NCBI GenBank assembly: GCA_046538485.1
Contig: JBKHIT010000003.1
Location: 96,001 to 160,000 of the forward strand
Direction of reading: 5' to 3'
From: Candidatus Brocadiia bacterium
GTDB taxonomy: Bacteria > Planctomycetota > Brocadiia > SM23-32
Length of the DNA stretch: 64,000 nt
Below, one piece after another: positions 39,504 to 49,668 of this stretch. The notes beneath the pieces were generated by a model, which did not search any database, was not told the DNA's origin, and was given only the letters and a program-made list of their open reading frames with translations. The position numbers and the translations under genes are program-made. Within the stretch, counting starts at the first letter, position 1; the number at the start of each line of letters is the position of its first letter.

Positions 39504-40955
39504 TTATTCTTGATCGATAGGCCGCAGAAGGGGAAACAGAATGACCTCGCGGATGGAGGGGCTATTCGACAGCAGCATAACAAGTCGATCGATCCCCACG
39601 CCCATACCCCCCGCTGGTGGCATACCATGGGCGAGCGCGCGCAGGAAATCGAGGTCGACCGTCCGCAGAGTTTCCTGTTCTGCATCCTCACCTTCCAGTT
39701 GTTGGAGAAATTTCTCTTCCTGAAGCTGAGGGTCATTCAGCTCCGTATAAGCCGTTCCCATCTCCAAGCCTCCGATGAACAGATCCCAGCGTTGGGCCTG
39801 AGCTTCATCGTCCGGACAAGGCTTGGTGAGAGGAGATAGAGCAGCTGGATAATCGAAGATAAAGGTCGGATGAATAATTTCATCCTCTACGGTTCGTTCA
39901 AAGACGCGTTCAAGCAGCAATTCATCTCCCGTTCCGGATACGTCCAGATCGAGTTCCTGCGCTTTCTCACGGAGCTTTTCGCTATCATCAGGGGAGAAAT
40001 CATTCTTTTCTTCAAAAGCTTCTCGGTAATCAACCTGCTGAAAAGGAACGGTAAAGTCGATTTCGTAATCGCCGTATTGAATTAAGCCCTCGGAATTGAT
40101 ATTGAGGGCGAGAGAACGGATTAAATCCTCGGTTAGTTCTCTCATATCTCTGTAATCGGCGTAAGCCTGGTAAAGTTCAAGCGAGGTAAATTCCGGGTTG
40201 TGTTGCCTGTCCACGCCTTCATTTCGGAAATTCCGATTAATTTCGAAAACCCTTTCCATCCCTCCCACCAGAAGCCGTTTCAGGTAAAGCTCTGGAGCGA
40301 CTCGCAGATAGAGGTCGATATCGAGCGCGTTATGATGGGTTACGAACGGGCGGGCAGCGGCACCTCCGGGAACTGGTTGCATCATGGGGGTTTCAACCTC
40401 GATAAAACCCCTATCCTGCAGTAAAGATCGGATTGATTGGTTCAGTTCCGAGCGGATGAGGAATCGCTCCATCACTTCATCGTTTGTGAACAGGTCAACC
40501 GAACGACGACGATACCGAAATTCCTCATCTTTCAAACCGTGCCATTTTTCAGGTGGACGCAGTAATGCTTTGGAGAGCACCTGGAATTTATCGACAAAGA
40601 TAGTGATTTCGCCGGTCCGGGTTTTCGTCAGGTCGCCGCTCACGCCAACGATATCGGCCGCCTGAAGCTGTTGATAGACCTCGAAATTTTCTTCGCCGAG
40701 CCGTTTTTCTTGAAAGAATATCTGGATGCTGCCTGTTTTATCTTTTATATCTACGAAAGAAGCTTTACCCATATCCCGGATGTTTGTGATTCGGCCGGCG
40801 GTTCTAACAGTTTTCGGATTATCTTCTTCGAAGCTCTCTAGGATCGATGAAATGGGTTCTGTATCCGGGAATCGCCCTCCGAAAGGGTCGACCCCGCGCT
40901 CACGTAATGCTTCCAGCGTGTCGAGTCGGAAATCTTCGTATTCGATCAGAGACAA
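39504..40955 (-). CDS. lysS: Lysyl-tRNA synthetase, class II
   Basis: OB anticodon domain (AGRI..R.MGKASF), EVETPMM..GGAAARPF.THHN, FRNEG...HNPEFT, GMPPAGGMG.GIDRL. Confidence 0.97.
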   Translation of the reverse strand: MSLIEYEDFRLDTLEALRERGVDPFGGRFPDTEPISSILESFEEDNPKTVRTAGRITNIRDMGKASFVDIKDKTGSIQIFFQEKRLGEENFEVYQQLQAADIVGVSGDLTKTRTGEITIFVDKFQVLSKALLRPPEKWHGLKDEEFRYRRRSVDLFTNDEVMERFLIRSELNQSIRSLLQDRGFIEVETPMMQPVPGGAAARPFVTHHNALDIDLYLRVAPELYLKRLLVGGMERVFEINRNFRNEGVDRQHNPEFTSLELYQAYADYRDMRELTEDLIRSLALNINSEGLIQYGDYEIDFTVPFQQVDYREAFEEKNDFSPDDSEKLREKAQELDLDVSGTGDELLLERVFERTVEDEIIHPTFIFDYPAALSPLTKPCPDDEAQAQRWDLFIGGLEMGTAYTELNDPQLQEEKFLQQLEGEDAEQETLRTVDLDFLRALAHGMPPAGGMGVGIDRLVMLLSNSPSIREVILFPLLRPIDQE

Positions 40956-41118
40956 CTCAGATGCTCCCGGGATTAAATAAGGTCTGAGATGGGCACCATA
41001 GCCAGAGCATTAGCAGATCAGGACACTCTCTGAGTGCTTTGCCGCTCGGGCCAGATTTTCGGATGCTACACAGATGAAGAATTATATGTTTGGGGGCCTT
41101 TTAGAACAAGCGAATGGC

Positions 41119-41892
41119 CTACGTCCCGTCTTTCAACCGATCGGCTGTATGGTCGCTTAAATGTTCGTTCTGACGGATTTTAGTTGATGCTTTTTCGACG
41201 TCATATTCTACTCGGTGGTACCGAATTCCCTCCGCTTGAAGCGTTACATAACACGCCCGGGGATCGCCGTCTCTGGGCTGACCGACACTGCCGACATTGA
41301 TAATGGCTTTTTTCTCTTCGGCGGGCCAATAAGGCAAGGAAAGCGCATCTGGCCGAATGAACTCGAAATTCGAGTTTATTATGCCAGCTTTATGCGTATG
41401 TCCCACGAAAGCCACTTTCTCGATGCGATTGAAATTCTCAGAAAGTTTCGTATTCAGTTGTAAGCGGCAATCGCGTTCGCGAAGATATTCGTTAACGGGG
41501 TTCCGTGGAGAGGCATGAACGAACAGATTATCCTCTTCCACGTATCGGTGGGAGAGGCCTTTCAAGAAATCCCACCTCTGCCGTTCGGTGTTGTTCTCGT
41601 TGCCACCTTCAGTCCGGGGTGCAGGGCTGAGAATAGAACGATGATACTTGACGGATTTTGCCGCTTCGTCGCTAAAATTCTCGCTGCCGTAAATGAGAGC
41701 GGAATCATGGTTTCCACAAATGACCACTTCACAAGAGCTTCGAATGGCATCAATACACCACGCGGGCTCGGCTCCGTAGCCCACGATGTCTCCAAGACAT
41801 ATGACTTTTTCGGGATTGAGTGCCAGAATTTCTGCGAGGACAACCGTCAGAGCTTCGCGGTTTGCATGTATGTCACTGATGATTGCGATCAT
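41119..41892 (-). CDS. Metallophosphoesterase (calcineurin-like)
   Basis: SDIHAN, GDIVGYG, GNHD, HASP, GHTH, NVGSVGQPRD. Confidence 0.92.
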   Translation of the reverse strand: MIAIISDIHANREALTVVLAEILALNPEKVICLGDIVGYGAEPAWCIDAIRSSCEVVICGNHDSALIYGSENFSDEAAKSVKYHRSILSPAPRTEGGNENNTERQRWDFLKGLSHRYVEEDNLFVHASPRNPVNEYLRERDCRLQLNTKLSENFNRIEKVAFVGHTHKAGIINSNFEFIRPDALSLPYWPAEEKKAIINVGSVGQPRDGDPRACYVTLQAEGIRYHRVEYDVEKASTKIRQNEHLSDHTADRLKDGT

Positions 41893-41994
41893 ATTTCTTG
41901 GCGTTCTGATGCAATAAATATTTCGATCTGATTATAGATTGTAAGGGGCCGATTAGGAGTTGTCATCTGAGGACGGAGGAAAGGTATGCATTTG

Positions 41995-42023
41995 TTGCGA
42001 AAAATTCGCTCTGGAGGTATAAT
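41995..42023 (+). promoter_or_regulatory. Sigma70-like promoter
   Basis: TTGCGA-17 nt-TATAAT upstream of the CDS at 42126. Confidence 0.6.
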
Positions 42024-42125
42024 TATAGGGCAAGCAAAGATGGTTCCTGACCTCTTCCAACAGAGGATAGAAGGGAATTGACGAGTGAAGGAACTAAGTT
42101 ATAACCTCCGGCGAGGTAACTGCTT

Positions 42126-42536
42126 ATGTTTGATTGTGACAAATTAATGAGGTGTCCGGATTGCAGTTACGAGGGGCAATGGCAGCGATTCCGGGCGCAG
42201 ACTTCTCTTTTCAAGCTTCCTTTCCGCTGCCCGTCCTGTGGCAAATACCTTTTCAGGGTTTGGAACTGGAAAGCCCCATTAGCTTACATTGTTTTAGTGA
42301 CCGGTTTGCTTGTTTTATGGGAAGTCCGCACCGTTTACCAGATTCCGGTCGACGTCTTGTGGGTCCTTGGTTTCCATGCTTTTTACGTCCATTTTGAGGG
42401 AGCATTAATACAAGACTTACGGTTAGCTCGGAAAGGGCGCAGGCTTTTCCACACGGTTTTGAAAGCTGTTTTGGTGGTGGTCGGTGCGGCTCTGCTTATA
42501 GCTTCTTTTGTTCTTCTGGCCCCGACTTTAAGTTAA
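42126..42536 (+). CDS. Small membrane protein with N-terminal zinc ribbon
   Basis: CPDC...CPSCG followed by about three hydrophobic segments; SD GAGGT. Confidence 0.7.
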   Translation: MFDCDKLMRCPDCSYEGQWQRFRAQTSLFKLPFRCPSCGKYLFRVWNWKAPLAYIVLVTGLLVLWEVRTVYQIPVDVLWVLGFHAFYVHFEGALIQDLRLARKGRRLFHTVLKAVLVVVGAALLIASFVLLAPTLS

Positions 42537-42573
42537 GAATCCTGTCGGGTTCTATGGGGGGTATGCCACACAA

Positions 42574-43968
42574 TTATTCCAGGAGTTCTGCGGCTTTCTC
42601 AGCCAGTTCCGGAATATTCTGGATGACCAGTTCCACGAGTTCTTCGTCGCTCATTACAGCAACACGACCCTCCTCGTATTGTTTGGCAACATCCTGGTAA
42701 ATCTCTGATACCTCGGGATTGTTTTTGTCCACCTTGGAATTGTCTTCGAGTTCGAGCTTGGTATTTATCCAGTAGGCAATACCGGCCCGTCCACTTTTGT
42801 CTGTGATCCGGATGCCTGGTTTGACATTGAGGATCTCTTCGGTGTCGAAAATCGTATAAACACGTTTGTCTTTTTCCATCGCATCAATGTGGATTCCCGC
42901 AAGTGTTGTATTGAACCGGGAACCGGCGAAAGGTTGCTGCGGTGGGATGTCATAACCAATTTCAACCTTGAAATAATGGGCGAGTTCGGTGATCACTTCT
43001 GTGTTGATATCCTCATCGTCTCCTCGGAGTGCCAGGTGTTCCATCACCATACCCTCCAGAGGGGCATTCCCCGTGCGCTCACCCACGCCGAATAGGGTCG
43101 AGTTTGTGGCGCTGCAGCCGTACAACCAGGCTATTGCTGAATTGACCAGGACCTTATGAAAATCGTTATGCCCATGCCATTCCAGCCATTCGCTCGGGAA
43201 CCCGGCGTAACATTGCAGGCCGTAAATGATACCGGGGACGCTCCGGGGCAGGGAAGCACCCGGGTAAGGGACTCCGAACCCCATTGTATCGCACGCCCGG
43301 ATTTTGATCGGCACTCCACTCTCGTCCGCGAGTTTTCGCAGTTCAATGGCGAAAGGCACAACGAACCCGTAAAAATCGGCCCGGGTGATGTCTTCAAAAT
43401 GGCATCGCGGTTTTATACCTTCGTTGAGGGCTGATTTGACGATGGATAGGTAGCGTTCCATCGCTTTCTTGCGGTTAAAACCTTCCCACTTGCCAAAAAT
43501 ATGGTAGTCCGAGACGCTGGTGAGGATACCCGTTTCTTCCAGCCCCATTGAGTTGACCAGATCGAAATCACGTGGGTGGGCTCGAATCCAACCGGTCACG
43601 TGGGGATATTCGTAATCCAGTTCCAGGCATTTTTCGACCGCTTCTCGATCTCGATCCTGGTAGAGGAAAAACTCACACTGTCGAATGAGACCTTTCTCGC
43701 CTCCGAGACGATGCAGCATTTTGTAGACTTCCACTACTTGATCGGCTGTGAAGGGAGGCATTGCCTGCTGACCGTCTCGGAACGTCGTATCGGTGATCCA
43801 TGTCTCTTGAGCGGGCCGCATCGGAACATGGCGGTGGTTGAAAGGAATCTGGGGAACCTCCCCATCCGGAAATACATCATCAAAGTACTCCGGATAGTCC
43901 ATATTTTGGAGCACGAAATTGTGTTCTTCTCTTTGAAGTGTGCGTGTGTGCTCGTTGTATCTCAGCAT
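42574..43968 (-). CDS. Re-citrate synthase (homocitrate/isopropylmalate synthase superfamily)
   Basis: ITDTTFRDGQQ.MPP, EFFLY, WIRA, SDYHIF, RCHFEDITRAD, HGHNDF, GERTGN; the N-terminal F...VP.I.FN segment resembles clostridial Re-citrate synthase. Confidence 0.82.
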   Translation of the reverse strand: MLRYNEHTRTLQREEHNFVLQNMDYPEYFDDVFPDGEVPQIPFNHRHVPMRPAQETWITDTTFRDGQQAMPPFTADQVVEVYKMLHRLGGEKGLIRQCEFFLYQDRDREAVEKCLELDYEYPHVTGWIRAHPRDFDLVNSMGLEETGILTSVSDYHIFGKWEGFNRKKAMERYLSIVKSALNEGIKPRCHFEDITRADFYGFVVPFAIELRKLADESGVPIKIRACDTMGFGVPYPGASLPRSVPGIIYGLQCYAGFPSEWLEWHGHNDFHKVLVNSAIAWLYGCSATNSTLFGVGERTGNAPLEGMVMEHLALRGDDEDINTEVITELAHYFKVEIGYDIPPQQPFAGSRFNTTLAGIHIDAMEKDKRVYTIFDTEEILNVKPGIRITDKSGRAGIAYWINTKLELEDNSKVDKNNPEVSEIYQDVAKQYEEGRVAVMSDEELVELVIQNIPELAEKAAELLE

Positions 43969-44233
43969 GGCTACAGGTTTCTTTCATAATAATTGTGTAT
44001 GCGTGTACAGAGAACCCCGCCGGCTTTGGCTGCCCGTCCAGGTGCGAACACGATTTCCCAGAATATGAAATCCAATCATATACAATATCCGCCGGGACCT
44101 GACTTCGCAAACGAACCTGACCACAGAGCAGCAGTCCGATAAAAAGTTGCGAGGTTGACAGAGAAACCTTTGGCTTTCTTGTTTCGTCTGACCTACAATA
44201 AAGCCAAATCCTAAAAATCAGATCACTGAGTTT

Positions 44234-45382
44234 ATGGAAAAAAGAATCCTATATGTCAGCGCAGGAGGCCGAATCAGCGGGGCGGAGAGGAGCCTGCTTG
44301 AGCTTGTGAGTGGGCTTAATGGGCAAGAGTATGTCTTAAACGCCGCGGCCCCTCAAGTTGGGGTTTTGTCCGCCCAGCTGGCCGAAGCAGGAGTTAAGGT
44401 CCACCGTGGGTTACAGTTCCGCCCGCAGAAGAGTTGGTCCCCTGTGGCAATGGCATCTCTGGCCAGCCAGTGGGCGCGGGCTGTAAAGCGGGTGGTTAGA
44501 ATTGCAGAAGAGTGTGGCGCGCAAATGATTCATTCCAACAATACCGCCGCCCAGTGTATAGGGGGGCCGGCCTCGGCGTTCGCTCATATCCCCTGTCTCT
44601 GGCATGTGCGAGATTTTCAGTCAGCAGGCCCTCTCGATCATGTGCTGAAGGGAACCTCTGAAATAGCTGTCTGCGCCAGCCACGCCCTAAAGCATTACCT
44701 GGATGAAATTGCGGGCGGTCAAATCAAAAAAAAGGTTATTCACAATGCCATCGATTCTGACAGCTTTACCCGCGATGCCAATCCGGGAGCGTTTCGAGAA
44801 GAAATGAAATTGAGTGCCAATACTCCCGTCATGCTGATGGTTGGACAACTGGTCCCGTGGAAACGGCACGACACATTTATAGAAACTCTGGCTGTCATTT
44901 CAGAAATGTATCCCCAAATACACGGTGCCATAGCAGGAGAAGATCTCTTTGGAGAACATTCATGGTACGAAAGGCGTCTCCAATCTTTGGCTCATAGGCT
45001 ACACGTCGAATCGCAGATGCATTTCCTCGGATATCGAAACGATGTTGCTACCCTTATGGCCGATGCCGATGTGCTTGTCGTGCCGAGTGAAAAAGAGCCA
45101 TTCGGGCGTGTCGCTCTGGAGGCGATGGCCATGGAAACGCCAGTGGTTGCAACAAGAGCCGGTGGCCTTAAGGAAATAGTCGAAGATGGGGAAACCGGCT
45201 GGCTGGTTCCTGTCGGTGATATAGAACGCACGGCAAATGCTATCAAGAAGGTGCTGGAAGATCCAGATCTTGCGGTGCAGATGGGCCAGAAAGGAAGACA
45301 ACGTGTCATCGAACATTTCAACCGCGACGAGCATGTCCGGCAGATTGCTGAAATCTACGAACAAATTCTTGCGGCGGAATAA
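44234..45382 (+). CDS. GT4 family glycosyltransferase
   Basis: SGAERSL, WHVR, VGQLVPWK, FLGYRNDV, EPFGRVALEAMA (EX7E motif). Confidence 0.92.
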   Translation: MEKRILYVSAGGRISGAERSLLELVSGLNGQEYVLNAAAPQVGVLSAQLAEAGVKVHRGLQFRPQKSWSPVAMASLASQWARAVKRVVRIAEECGAQMIHSNNTAAQCIGGPASAFAHIPCLWHVRDFQSAGPLDHVLKGTSEIAVCASHALKHYLDEIAGGQIKKKVIHNAIDSDSFTRDANPGAFREEMKLSANTPVMLMVGQLVPWKRHDTFIETLAVISEMYPQIHGAIAGEDLFGEHSWYERRLQSLAHRLHVESQMHFLGYRNDVATLMADADVLVVPSEKEPFGRVALEAMAMETPVVATRAGGLKEIVEDGETGWLVPVGDIERTANAIKKVLEDPDLAVQMGQKGRQRVIEHFNRDEHVRQIAEIYEQILAAE

Positions 45383-45405
45383 TAGGGCTGATTTGAAAGA
45401 TTTTG

Positions 45406-45428
45406 AACGTCCTGCGGGGGGACGTTTT
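45406..45428 (+). terminator. Possible intrinsic terminator
   Basis: AACGTCC-loop-GGACGTT-TT shortly after the glycosyltransferase stop. Confidence 0.4.
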
Positions 45429-45626
45429 GGCGTGATTTTCGTGGGACTGTTTTTCTCTGGATAATTTTTATCGGTGCAACACGAAACAATATTGAAAAGG
45501 GGCAAAGGAGTCCCTCTTGAAAAAGGAGACGCTTGCGCTTTTTCGCCGGGCCAACTATAAATGATGAGAGTGCGCGGAGTTTACCTGTCCTGGACCCTCC
45601 GGAATCAACAAAAGAGAGGCGAAAAA

Positions 45627-46790
45627 TTGCAGCATCCCGAAAGAGAAGATGATCCTGAACTGGAAGACATTCTCCCGTTTCACAAGCGCGGCAAAACTCG
45701 CATGGTGAGCCGATGCGAACTTAAAACTGTTTCAGACCTGAGGCGAATCTACACGCCGGGTGTGGCTAAAGTGAGCCAGTTGATTGAAGCGGAACCGAAG
45801 CAAATTTACTCGCACACTTCGATCGGAGATACCGTTGCCGTGATGACAAACGGGACGGCAGTTCTGGGCCTGGGAGATGTCGGCGTTCAGGCGTCTATGC
45901 CGGTTATGGAAGGGAAAGCCGTCATATTGATGGAAATGGTCGATATCAGTGCAATCCCACTTTTGGTCGATACCCACGACGCGGAGGAGTTTGTACAGAC
46001 GGCTTCTCTTGTCTCTCCAACGTTCGGTGCCATTCTTCTGGAGGATATTGCAGCTCCTTTGTGCTTCGAGATCGAAAATGAATTGAAAGCCAAGCTCGAT
46101 ATAGCGGTATTCCACGACGATCAGCACGGGACAGCGGTCGTGGTTCTCGGCGCTCTGATCAATGCACTCAATCACACAGGTAAAGAACCCGAGGAGGTGA
46201 CTGCTGTGATTAATGGAGCCGGTGCAGCGGGATGGGCAATAGCGCGGTTCCTGCTGGAGTACGGTGTGAACGATGTTGTTCTATGTGATCGTTCAGGGGC
46301 CATTTACCGCGGTCGCGATGAACATATGAATGAGGTCAAACAGAAGATCGCGAAAGATACAAATCGATCGGAGGAGCAGGGTTCCCTCGCGGAGGTGATG
46401 GAAAGCAAAGATCTGTTCATCGGAGTGAGCGCAGCGGGCTTGGCCAGCAAAGATATGGTCCGGTCAATGGCGCCTGATCCGATTGTTTTTGCAATGGCGA
46501 ATCCAATCCCGGAGATCTGGCCGGACGAAGCGATCGACGCTGGCGCCGCGGTTGCGACAGATGGCCGCCATCTGAACAATGCTCTGGGTTTCCCGGGCAT
46601 CTTTCGGGGCGCTTTAGATGCGCGAGCCAGCGATATAAATGATGCCATGAAAATTGCCGCATCCCGGACCCTTGCTAATCTGGCTCCAGAGGGCGAACTC
46701 GTGCCCGATTTTATGGACCGTGCTGTCCACCAAAAGGTGGCAGCGGCGGTATGTGAAGCTGCACGGGACAGCGGTGTGGCAAGAATTTGA
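45627..46790 (+). CDS. NAD(P)-dependent malic enzyme (TTG start 45627 probable; ORF extends to 45561)
   Basis: YTPGVA, GTAVLGLG, PVMEGKA, LEDIAAP.CF, FHDDQHGTA, GAGAAG, FAMANP, NN.LGFPGIFRGALD. Confidence 0.95.
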   Translation: MQHPEREDDPELEDILPFHKRGKTRMVSRCELKTVSDLRRIYTPGVAKVSQLIEAEPKQIYSHTSIGDTVAVMTNGTAVLGLGDVGVQASMPVMEGKAVILMEMVDISAIPLLVDTHDAEEFVQTASLVSPTFGAILLEDIAAPLCFEIENELKAKLDIAVFHDDQHGTAVVVLGALINALNHTGKEPEEVTAVINGAGAAGWAIARFLLEYGVNDVVLCDRSGAIYRGRDEHMNEVKQKIAKDTNRSEEQGSLAEVMESKDLFIGVSAAGLASKDMVRSMAPDPIVFAMANPIPEIWPDEAIDAGAAVATDGRHLNNALGFPGIFRGALDARASDINDAMKIAASRTLANLAPEGELVPDFMDRAVHQKVAAAVCEAARDSGVARI

Positions 46791-46821
46791 CCGTGTTGAA
46801 AAAGAAAGCCATTTCATTCCA

Positions 46822-48096
46822 TTGACGACTTTTTATGTCGAAACATTCGGTTGTCGTTCCAACCAGTACGATTCCCAGCGTCTCCGTGAGGCGTTGCAGG
46901 AAGTCGGCCTGCAAGGGGCGAGCAATACCCGGAATACCGATCTTATAATTGTCAATACCTGTACCGTAACCCATACGGCATCTCGGAAGGCCCGGCGCCG
47001 TTTGAGAGAACTTGTCCGGGAATGCCCGCAATCAAAAGTTTATGCCACCGGCTGCTATGCTTCAGCTGATCCTGAGGAACTCGGCGAGATCGAGGGGCTG
47101 GCCGGTGTCTACGGGCGTGAGCAGTGGGAGGAATTGCTGGAGGCAGCGACCGGCGAAAAAGCACACGATTCCCGGCGTGTAAAAGGGGATTTCGGAATCA
47201 GGTCATTTACAGGGCGAAGCCGGGCGCTTTTGAAAGTGCAGGAGGGATGTGACTTTTTCTGTGCCTACTGCATAGTGCCGTTCGTCCGTGGTGAACCGAG
47301 AAGCCGACCGCTTCAGGAAGCGGTCAAGGAAGCTCAACGGCTGATCTCCCGAGGATTCAGGGAGATTGTCCTGACCGGTATCCATCTCGGGCTCTATGGA
47401 CGCGATAGACCGGATGACGAGAATCTCCCGAACCTTGTCCGTTCTCTTGCAGACTTGCCCGGCCTGGAACGCCTCAGGCTGAGTTCGATCGAGGCCGTTG
47501 AGGTTGATGAACTTTTGCTCAAGGCAATGGAACACCCGTCCGTTTGCCAGCACCTCCATCTTGCCCTGCAGAGTGGGGACGACGAAACTCTTGAGCGGAT
47601 GGGACGGCGCTATACGTCGGCGGATTTTATGGAACGGGTGGGAATGATTCGTGACCATCTGGAAAACCCCGCTATTTCCGGTGACGTAATTGTGGGTTTC
47701 CCGGGGGAGACGGATAAGGCTTTTGCAAAGACAATGGAGGTCTGCCGGAAAGTGGCGTTCAGTCGAATGCACATCTTCCGATACAGCGTAAGGCCCGGAA
47801 CTCGGGCTGCTGAGATGCCCGGACAGGTTCATTCTCGCACAGCAAAAAAACGCTCAAAACAATTGAGAAAACTTGCCCGACAACTGTCGCAGGAATGGGC
47901 GGAACAATTCGTCGGCAGGAATGTCCGTGTGTTGTTGGAGGAACAAAAGGCTCCCAATTGCTTTACGGGATATACGGACCGCTACGTCCGCGCCGAGGTG
48001 AGAGGGCAGGGGAGTACCGACCAGGTCCGCCACGCAGAAATAAGATCGGCCAGAAACTCCAAATTGCAGGGAGACTTGATCGAATTACAAAGTTAA
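46822..48096 (+). CDS. mtaB: tRNA t6A37 methylthiotransferase MtaB
   Basis: TFGCRSNQYDS, NTCTVT, TGCYA, radical SAM KVQEGCDFFCAYC, LTGIHLG, RLRLSSIE, degenerate TRAM domain. Confidence 0.92.
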   Translation: MTTFYVETFGCRSNQYDSQRLREALQEVGLQGASNTRNTDLIIVNTCTVTHTASRKARRRLRELVRECPQSKVYATGCYASADPEELGEIEGLAGVYGREQWEELLEAATGEKAHDSRRVKGDFGIRSFTGRSRALLKVQEGCDFFCAYCIVPFVRGEPRSRPLQEAVKEAQRLISRGFREIVLTGIHLGLYGRDRPDDENLPNLVRSLADLPGLERLRLSSIEAVEVDELLLKAMEHPSVCQHLHLALQSGDDETLERMGRRYTSADFMERVGMIRDHLENPAISGDVIVGFPGETDKAFAKTMEVCRKVAFSRMHIFRYSVRPGTRAAEMPGQVHSRTAKKRSKQLRKLARQLSQEWAEQFVGRNVRVLLEEQKAPNCFTGYTDRYVRAEVRGQGSTDQVRHAEIRSARNSKLQGDLIELQS

Positions 48097-48201
48097 AACC
48101 GAAATTCTTGGTTTAGTCCCTTATGTCGCTTACGTCTCTTCTGTCCCTTTAATCCTGCCTGTGGTGCTAACAAATCATCCCAAGTCATTTTCATTCCACC
48201 C

Positions 48202-48888
48202 TCACGCAAGCGACCGGCTTATAATGCTACAGAGTTCGATGGCAATCTCGGACTTTGTGCCGGGTTCAGCCAGTATACTTCCTTGTCGATTCACGATGAT
48301 AGCCGGATGCTTTTCATCGCGGATTTCTGAAAGGTTGTTTCCGACGGCGAGATCGGCCCGGCTGTTTCGAATCAATGACGTTGCGATTTCCCGGAGCCTG
48401 TCGCGGCTTTCATCAATTTCCAGTTTGAAACCAACGAGCAGGGTTCGCGGGCTCCAATCCTTGATCTGACGAATAACTTTCGGAGTCCGACTCAACTGCA
48501 GCGTCAGTCGATCCTTACCGGATGCTATTTTCCGAGTGTGGTCGGCCTCCGGCACATAATCAAGAACTGCCATGGCATGGATAACGGCAACGTAGCGCTG
48601 TTTCTTGCTGAGTTCGTTTTCAAGAGTCTGCAGGAGGTCAAAAACCGTTTCAATTCGTTCGATGCGCAATCGATTCCATTCTTCGGAGGATACATCCTCG
48701 GGTTCAGGAACGATGCTGTCGGGTCCCGCGAGCATTGTAACGTGTGCGCCAAGCGCCACCGCCTCAATGGCTATGCGGGAGCCAAGTTTCCCCGAGGAAC
48801 GATTGCTGATATACCGCACGGCATCGATGTCGGCCCGTGTAGGGCCACTGGTGATCAAAATACGCTTTTCGTCAAGAGAAGGGGACAT
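48202..48888 (-). CDS. coaB: Stand-alone phosphopantothenate-cysteine ligase (CoaB)
   Basis: LITSGPT..IDAVRYISNRSSGKLG, HAMAVLDY, TPKVI, LVGFKLE. Confidence 0.88.
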   Translation of the reverse strand: MSPSLDEKRILITSGPTRADIDAVRYISNRSSGKLGSRIAIEAVALGAHVTMLAGPDSIVPEPEDVSSEEWNRLRIERIETVFDLLQTLENELSKKQRYVAVIHAMAVLDYVPEADHTRKIASGKDRLTLQLSRTPKVIRQIKDWSPRTLLVGFKLEIDESRDRLREIATSLIRNSRADLAVGNNLSEIRDEKHPAIIVNRQGSILAEPGTKSEIAIELCSIISRSLA

Positions 48889-48909
48889 GGTAGGGCTTTC
48901 CAGCAGAGG

Positions 48910-49476
48910 TCAGTTCATTTCCAGGAAATTTTGCAATAGTGTAGGACCGTCTTTTGTGAGAAACGATTCGGGATGGAACTGGACGCCCTCCAAAGGATAT
49001 TCAACGTGCCGGATCCCCATTATCTCATCTTGTTCGGCTCGGGCGGTGACTTCAAAACAGTCAGGAAGGGACTCTTCAGGCACTGAGAGGGAATGATAAC
49101 GTGTGGCTTCGAACGGATTAGGGAGTCCTGCGTAAACGGTTTTGCCGTCATGGGTTATCATACTTGTCTTGCCGTGCATAAGACGCCTGTGTCGCACAAC
49201 CTCAGCCCCGAAAGTGTGTGCGATACACTGGTGGCCGAGGCAAACCCCCATCAGCGGTATTTCCCCGGCGAATCGCTCGACCACTTCATTGGATATCCCT
49301 GCCTCAAGAGGTGTGCATGGACCGGGGGAGATAATGATGTGGTCCGGATCTAATTCGCTGATTTCATCGGTGGCTATTTTATCGTTTCGAAACACCTGAA
49401 TCTCGGCGCCCAGTTCTCCGAGACGTTGAACGAGATTGTAGGTGAAGGAATCGTAGTTATCGATGATGAGAATCAT
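48910..49476 (-). CDS. Anthranilate / aminodeoxychorismate synthase component II (TrpG/PabA)
   Basis: [43 protein letters not shown]. Confidence 0.95.
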   Translation of the reverse strand: MILIIDNYDSFTYNLVQRLGELGAEIQVFRNDKIATDEISELDPDHIIISPGPCTPLEAGISNEVVERFAGEIPLMGVCLGHQCIAHTFGAEVVRHRRLMHGKTSMITHDGKTVYAGLPNPFEATRYHSLSVPEESLPDCFEVTARAEQDEIMGIRHVEYPLEGVQFHPESFLTKDGPTLLQNFLEMN

Positions 49477-49668
49477 GAAGTAGCTTTCACATTGTTTGCC
49501 AGAAGAACATGCATTATTGTCCGGCTCAACAGAAAAAGTCAAATCAGCGTAGAGCGACGCTGTAATAAAGTACTCCATCTGTTATTTGGTTTGACCGCAA
49601 TGAATCCATCGGCATAATAGCTTTTTGAGGGAAGAGTGAGAGAGCAAAATTCGTTTCGGAGGGACATC

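Noticed and set aside
46654..46821. N-terminal extension of MtaB overlapping malic enzyme
   Set aside because: Homology starts at about TTG 46822; the extension is an ORF-calling artefact.
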